64,000 nucleotides of DNA from Rhynchopus sp. YZ270_cl-10 (lineage: Eukaryota), in NCBI GenBank assembly GCA_964035575.1, contig OZ037839.1:1674001-1738000 (forward strand). Direction: 5' to 3'. Made by a program: the position numbers and the translations under genes. The first letter of the stretch is position 1. Each line of letters begins with the position of its first letter. Under the pieces are notes generated by a model. The model saw only the letters and a list, made by a program, of their open reading frames with translations. It was not told the DNA's origin and did no database searches. Below are positions 57,209-64,000 of this stretch, in pieces.

Positions 57209-58157
57209 TATAAAGTAACGCACCCCTTCCTCTCCAACCCCACGTCTACAAAACTGTCAAGCAAAATTAAACAGAGCACAAAAGCACATTCAAAACAAAC
57301 AAAAAAACCTTTTCGTACCCCAACCCTACATAAAAATAATCTGAGACACGCCCCCCACCTTGCTGCAAAAGCCCCCTACGTGGCTGTGGCAATTGGGGTG
57401 ATTTTTTTTTTTGAAATAAAGTGATTCTAAGAACTATCCTGGCATCATGTACCCCTTCTCTGTTTTTTTTTTTTGTGTCGACAATCACTTCGCTCCAAAA
57501 AAAAAAACGGAATAAAGTTCTGTACTCAATTGGCCGAAGCCTTTGTATTGCAGAAAGTCTATCGATGTCATAAAATTTCTTTCTTTTTCTTTCCCAAAAA
57601 AAAATTTTTTTTTTTGAGATATCTGTCGGATAAACGCGGTACGTATCACCGTGACACACAGTATATTTCTCCTCTGGGATTCTAAGCACGACCCAGCGCT
57701 CCATTCCCTCTTTTTCTTTTTTTGTCGCAAGGTATTTGTGCTTTCATCCGGATGGCTGGCGTTGGGTCAGTCGGAGGTGCCTGCATTAATAACTACCATG
57801 TTTCTTTCACCAACAACTACCAATTTTTTTTTTCGGAGAGATATGGGATCGTTTAATCTTATTTTTGATGTCTTGGGTGTCATTTCTAAAAATATTGGAG
57901 GCATGCGCTTGCGGGCAAACAAAACGGATTGAAAAAAAGACAGAAGCTGGCTTTGTTCTTTGATTCACCACAATAACCTTCAGTTTAACACATTTTTTTT
58001 CTCCACCTTTTTTGTTTCCCGGATTTGAGCGCACAAACAAAGGACCCAATCTTTTTTGTTTGACAGCTACAAAAAGCAAAAAGAAATTTTTAACCGATCC
58101 CGATCTCAGCCAGCTCGTACCAAAAAAAAAAAAAACACACACATTCCTTTCTGTACA

Positions 58158-58266
58158 CACGGTGGGTCCAGCCTCTGACTGATTTTGCTAGCGGGTGTGA
58201 CACCCGCTTTTCAGGGGGGGTGTCACAGCCGCTAGCTGACCAGCTCAGAGTATGGACCCCACAGTG
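58158..58266. mobile_element. 109-bp MITE-like element with CACKGTGGG termini and an internal palindrome
   Basis: cacggtgggtcca ... tggaccccacagtg; internal gctagcgggtgtgacaccc..gggtgtcacagccgctagc. Confidence 0.55.
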
Positions 58267-59318
58267 CACCTCTTCTCGACCCCACCCGCCCACACCGCTC
58301 TGATATTTCATTGTTTACATCTACTGTTGTAGGCCGCAGGGTACTTTGGTGCTTTCATCCGGATGGTTGGCATCGTACAGTGGGTCAGTCGGAGGTGTGC
58401 CTGCATCAATAACTACAGTTTTTTTTTTATCTCTTTTTCTTCATTTATTCGATGACAGTACTATGCAACCTTTCCCCCCCTTTTTTTGAGATCAAAAATC
58501 AAAAAAAACCCCTCCTTCTTTATCAGAACCATATTAGACAAAATCTTTTCAAAACTGTTCTCCCCTTATTTTTTAGGCCGCAGGGTACTTTGGTGCTTTC
58601 ATCCGGATGGCTGGTAGCGTACAGCGGGTCAGTTGGAGGTGCCTGCATCAATAACAGTTTTTTTTTTATCTCTCTGTTGACTGAAAAGGATTCTCAAAAT
58701 CCTTTTTTCATTTTATTTTCCGAGCTGCGTTTTTTTTTAGCCACGTTTTAACTACTGGTGTGGAAAATTCAGCGTTTTTTTTTTTTTTTTTTGGACCTTT
58801 TTTCATACAAGTATAACGGCCGTCACGACGGGAAAAATTTTTTTTTGTCGGGGAGGTCACGGCCGTGAAGAAAATCTGAAAAATTTAACGGCCGTGAAAT
58901 TTTGCATTGATCACGGCCGTGAAATATTTCCACGCTTTTTGCTGGTTTCTTCTTTTTCGTTCGTAGACAGGGCCAGACCCCCTTTCCCATCCCTCCCAAG
59001 TCATTCTTGGGGGGTAAAAGCAACATAAAAAGTGCAAAAAAGTCGGCCCCACTGCGATCGGGAAGCTGACGACACGAATGAGCACTTGGTGGTCCTGCCC
59101 TGCCTGCGATGCTATACGCTCAGATCCTAGTTTCCACTCCGTCACAACTGCTGGCAGGTCGCCGTGGCCTACTGTGTGTCGAACTGTGGAGTTATCCCTA
59201 CTGCCCTGAAGGACAGTATTGATGCTACCTCCAGCGTCTGATGGGGAGCATCCTCATACACCGGTTGTCTCTGAACAACAGCCTCCGTATCAACAATCTG
59301 CCACTCACGCCTGGAGAA

Positions 59319-59520
59319 GTTTTTGGGGTGCCTCAGGAAGTCTTTATACAATGCAATGTGCCTTAGTTTCGAGTACGAAATGTTTCTCCATGTATTGCAC
59401 GGGAAACAATATGACAAACAGGTGCAGGGTGGTTCCGTGCATATCATAGAAACTGGCACCTTGTGTGTCTCCCAAAAACCAAAAGCGTTGTGTGTAGTTT
59501 TGAAGGAAGGAAAAATAAAA
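59319..59520 (+). mobile_element. Short retroposed element (SINE or LINE 3' end) with A-rich tail and 33-bp TSD; second copy at about 26267-26420
   Basis: cgtatcaacaatctgccactcacgcctggagaa at 59286-59318 and 59521-59553; ends gaaggaaggaaaaataaaa. Confidence 0.85.
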
Positions 59521-60104
59521 CGTATCAACAATCTGCCACTCACGCCTGGAGAACAGCTCAGCTGCAACCTTTGTTCCGTCCCCACTATGACTTCGACCGG
59601 ATTCCACTCTCACAGGAAATGGACTTATCCAAACCATCACCTGCGTGCCCTGCTGCGCTCCTGGCTCTCCTCACTGCGCTGGTCTCCCGCTGCCCGCCCA
59701 CGTTTTCACCCTACTGTGAATTGTAGTTGGAGCGTGTGTCATTTCTGAGCACTTGTACGTGCTCCCGGTTCTTCAGAGTAGCACATTTCTCGTGTTTCAG
59801 CACTTGTAACCGGTTCTTGAGCAAAGTTCTCTTCTCATATTTGATGGGCTTTCCGTTGTGGAGCACACATCAATACTGTGAGACGAACCTCATCTGTGTT
59901 GAACCATTTGCGGTCCAGTGCAAAATCTTCCGACAGAATCAGCACACCATTGAGCAACTATCCTCCGTCTTTTTTGTCGGAAAATAGACCGCATCACGTT
60001 TTGCACACCTCTGGATCTTCTTCGCTACGTTAGCGAAGAAGATCCAGCGAGATACGCGCAGAGGGAGGGGTCCTAGGGATGGGTGTATTATGAATTTTCA
60101 GTTT

Positions 60105-60300
60105 TATAATACACCAAATACATGTATTTTAATGTATTTTAATGTATTTTGATGTATTTTGATGTATTTTAATATTAAAATACACTTATAATACAGTATT
60201 TTGATTCTGTATTTTAATATGTATTTTGAATGTATTTTGATGTATTTTGATGTATATTGATTGTATTTTGATTGTATTTTGATTGTATTTTGACCGTATT
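60105..60300. repeat. Low-complexity (ATGTATTTTG/A)n array; related sequence at 61038-61130
   Basis: Directly visible degenerate 10-12-bp repeats. Confidence 0.8.
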
Positions 60301-61014
60301 TTAGGTGTAGGCATGTGGTGGTGTGTGTGGGTTGGCGGGAGAGGCGGTAACAAAGTTGGTGGAAAAGAGGAGCAGGCTTCGCGCTAACTTTTGGAAAAAA
60401 ATCTGAAAAATCGTATTTCGGGCCCAAAAAAAACGCACGTCAAATGGCCTTACGTCTGGGGGTGAAAAAACAGTGTTTTGTGGCATTTCCGAGCCAATCC
60501 CGGCTTGTGGTGGGGCATATTCGGAAAAATGGACAAAATTTTGGTGACTTACATTTTCACAAAATATGAACCCATACTCCTAAACAAGGGGCATTTTCAG
60601 TCTGAAAACCCAAATTCAGTTGAAATTGTGGTGTTTTTGACTGGGAACAGGTAGCGCCGCAGGCGCACGGTACCCAACTTTTTTCTTTCTTTCTTTTCCC
60701 TTTTCTCTGCTTCTTTTGATTGCGCGAGCCGATTGCTCTCCACGGTGGGGTCACATGTGTGTGTGAAAACACTCGAAAGTACCCGTACTCTGAACTATGA
60801 GATTCCTCTGGTGTTAGTAAAGAAACCCCGGTCTCAAAAAGTGCGTAAATATCCTTTTTCCGCCCAAGAGCTCGTTTTTTTGGGCCCGAAACACGATTTT
60901 TCAGATTTTCCAAAAGTTAGCGCGAAGCCTGCTCCTCTTTTCCACCAACTTTGTTACCGCCTCTCCCGCCAGCCCACACACACCACCACATGCCTACACC
61001 TAAACTACGGTCAA
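60290..61014. repeat. Fold-back structure: about 140-bp inverted arms made of one MITE end plus its flank
   Basis: 60290-60430 is the reverse complement of about 60876-61014. Confidence 0.85.
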
Positions 61015-64000
61015 CGAACGTCCAGTGATGAAATCACTGTATTTTGATTGTATTTTAATACCGTTTTTTTATAGTACATTAAAATACATCAAAATACATA
61101 ATACACCAAATACATTAAAATACAAATACAGCCAACCCTAAGGGGTCCACCCTTTTGCTCCCGTGAACTTGCACTGTTTGCCCGATGTTTTCTTTGGCAC
61201 AAGAGTGATGAACGGGGTTGAGTGAGTCCAAACACATCCTTCTCGGGCAAAGACTACTAAGAGGTTATGAGACGCTCGGGACACTGCGAATTCAGTATGC
61301 AGAACTGAAAGGCAGTGTTGAAACCAGAAGATTACAGATGGCGGGTCAGATGCTGTGTCACTCACCCCATCAGGTAGATGAGAGCCAGCACCTTCAGAGC
61401 AGTGAACACAACACACCGTGGACACAATACATGTGCCAAAAGGCAACAAGACCCTACAAGGAGTACCCAGTACCCAGCGCAGTTTTCTGTGGATATCACT
61501 TAACCGGTCCTCTCCTGCCCTACCCCCTCCTTTTCTTCAGGGGTAAAAAATCAGGTGGGTTGTGGGAATATAGGGGGAAATGGGTGGGGTTTGGTCTGTA
61601 CATTCCTATCCGCGCCTATCCGCGGGGTAAAAATCAGGGGGGATGGTTCTTGAGTGGTACTTCACTGTGTGTTCCTTCAAAGACTTGTACAAAAATTTCA
61701 CGGCCGTTGTTTTTTTTTAACGGCCGTGAAATTTTTGTACATAAGAAAGGCGCTTTTTTTTCACGGCCGTTTTTTTTTATTTTTCACGGCAACGACGGCA
61801 GTGGGTCGAGCATTTTTTTTTCATTTCCGTGACGTCCGTTTTACTTGTATGTTTTTTTCCATTCAAGTACTTTGTACAATGTCATTCATCACTGAAAAGA
61901 AACCATCATATTTAGAATGAAAGTTTTGTTTTATTTCGTTGTTTGCGATAACAACGCAGGACGGATGGATGCTTTCGAGTTTGCCGTATTATTACAAGCC
62001 TTTTTTTTTTCAAAAAAAAAAAATGCATAAAAAAATACGCTCGTAAAGATATGGGACATCAACTAGGGATATCGGTTTCCTTATTATGTTTTTGTGCTTC
62101 ATCCGGATGGCTGGCAGCGTACAGTGGGTTATGCCTGCATCTCAACAACTACTCTTGTGTTTTTTTTTTTTTTTTGTAAATCAAGGTACTTGACAATAGG
62201 AAATAGAAACGACGGAAGGTGCGTGCCCGCCAGCTTGTGTTTTCTCACTCATTATTTTTTCTCTCTCATACAACACACACTTCAGCGAAAAAACACAACA
62301 AGCTTGCGGAGCGATAAACGAAAAAGTTGTTTTTCATTGTTTTCTTTTTATTCAGAACCGAAAGTTAGTTTCTATTTTGGGAATTTTGGGAATTTTCTCA
62401 CTCCCCTTTCTGTCTGCCTTTCGTTCGTAGAAAGCCTTTTGCACTTTCCTACTTGCATTATTTGAGGCTACCAAAAAAAAAAAAAAAAAAAAACGACGAG
62501 AGCAGGGATGTTGCTAAACCGCGTAGTGGAATTCCAAAATCCTTGAGAGGTCGTTTTTTTTACGGGAAATTTTACGTGGGGAAGTCGTTTTTTTTACGGG
62601 AAATTTTACGTGGGAAAATCCTTTTTTTTCCGGGAAATTTTGAGGAGTCTTTTTTTTTTCCGGGAAAATTCTGTAGGGTTGACCCGGGAGGCTGTACCTT
62701 CAAATTTTTTTTTTGCCTGCGGCGCCAGTTTTCATGTTATGCTCCGCAAAAAAGGGTTCGTTGAGTGACTCTGTGGTGTAAATAGCTATATTTTTACACC
62801 GTGCCCTAAATTTTTTTAGCCTGCGGCGCCATTTTATATTATTTTTTTTTGCTCCGCAAAAAAAAAATACAGTTCCGTATGTTCCCGATGGTACTTGTCT
62901 TCTGAAGGAAAAGTACAAAGTGAACGTGGGGGCAGTTTGCGTAGTGGCAAACTTTGCTGCATGTTGTGACCCCACCATTTGACGGACAGAGCACGTAGAA
63001 CCCAATAAGGAGTGAGAAAGAAGGATATGGCCAAAGAAAAAAGTAGCGTACCGTGCGCCTGCGGCGCAAGCTTGCATTACACCCTTCTTATGACATAGTT
63101 TGGCTGTGAAAAAAGTGCAATTTTAAGCGCAATTTTTGAAATGTGGCGTACCGTGACTTCGCCAGAATGCGGTTTTCTCGAAGTTTTCTTGGAAAATGGG
63201 GACACTCTCGCACGGGTTTTGGAGGTTGCACCGGTCGTGCACTCCCCGTCTTTGGTTGCTGTTGAACAAGGATTCTCTCTCCTGACTACATCTACGCAAA
63301 GAGATGCCACCGCCTTTCTCATAGTACTATTGAGAAGCTGATGGTTCTTCATGAACAGGCACCCGAGTTTAACAACGAAAAGATGGGGAATATTCCTGAA
63401 CACGCTGTTGCCTTGTTTCTCAGCACAAGCGTCACAGGTTCAAGAGAAAACGGAGGTGTTCCTGCTGATGGCGGAAGAGTTGGAAGACTTCGCTCCCCCC
63501 GTATTTGCTTTCGGAATTGAGCTTCTGAGGACCTTTTTCGCGCAAAACTGGTGATTTCGGAAGTCGGTCAACGACCTGTCAGCGACGTGTCACGACCTGT
63601 CGGCGACCTGTCAATATCGACCCCTCCGGGAGCACCAAAAACGAAAGAAATTGGACGTGGGGTTCTCAAAATTTTCGGGGAAAACGGCATATTTAGCGAT
63701 AAGTGTGTTCGAAACGTATCATGTGGGCAAAAAAAATCATGATTTTCACCACCAGGGTCGAAAAATGTCCCTGATTCCTGTGTAAAAAAACCCGTAAAAA
63801 AACCCGAATTCCAAGCCCAAAAAGTGCGATTTTCGTAACTGTTTAGCGTCAGGTCTGGACGAGAGAATTAGAATAATCCAACAAACTTTTCTTTATTATT
63901 TTTTCTCTATTTTTTCTCAAAACCATTCGTCACATTATTTTTTTTTTTTATCAAAGATGTATTTATTTGTGCACGAACAGCACTTTCATCTTACAAGTCG

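Larger units (their letters stand above)
58804..61851. mobile_element. 3-kb non-autonomous TIR element (CATACAAGTAWAACGGMCGTCACG) with ACGGCCGTGAA subterminal repeats and nested insertions
   Basis: Inverted termini at 58804 and 61851, both within T runs; repeated cacggccgt motifs near both ends. Confidence 0.75.

Noticed and set aside
59560..59995. Minus-strand remnant containing WFNTDEVRL, resembling the first Asp motif of pogo-type transposases
   Set aside because: A single short motif amid stops and frameshifts; not enough for a call without a translated search.
1..64000. rRNA, tRNA or spliced-leader RNA genes
   Set aside because: None recognised by eye; tRNAscan-SE and Infernal would be needed to exclude them.

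Overview
Eukaryotic, repeat-rich genomic window. Every host protein-coding gene I can support lies on the + strand. The few introns are GT-AG with CA-rich 3' tracts. Together with a family of membrane-anchored class III cyclases, this suggests a euglenozoan, probably diplonemid-like protist (inference). Gene content: a large NZF/MIB-repeat/ZZ/KH/MIB-HERC2/RBR ubiquitin ligase; four ubiquitin-like (UBL) header + 25-aa LRR genes with very variable repeat arrays (one frameshifted, one split by a 5'-truncated non-LTR retrotransposon with a 20-bp TSD); a UBL-ankyrin gene; two tandem copies of a UBL-DUF4246 gene with an internal ankyrin insertion; one catalytically intact and two degenerate multi-TM adenylate cyclases; a Cys-rich secreted protein; an intron-containing His-motif membrane protein; and a 1652-aa propeller/mucin-stalk/multi-TM receptor-like protein. 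Intergenic DNA holds an intact DD37E Tc1-like transposon, many nested MITEs (TA, AAT, 6-bp and 7-bp TSDs), satellites, and three families of tiny co-oriented hairpin repeats. The best candidate for an undescribed system is the UBL-headed, modularly shuffled LRR family with codon-specific hypervariability, clustered with other UBL-fused proteins and an RBR E3 ligase. Domain names come from motif recognition by eye; no database searches were run.
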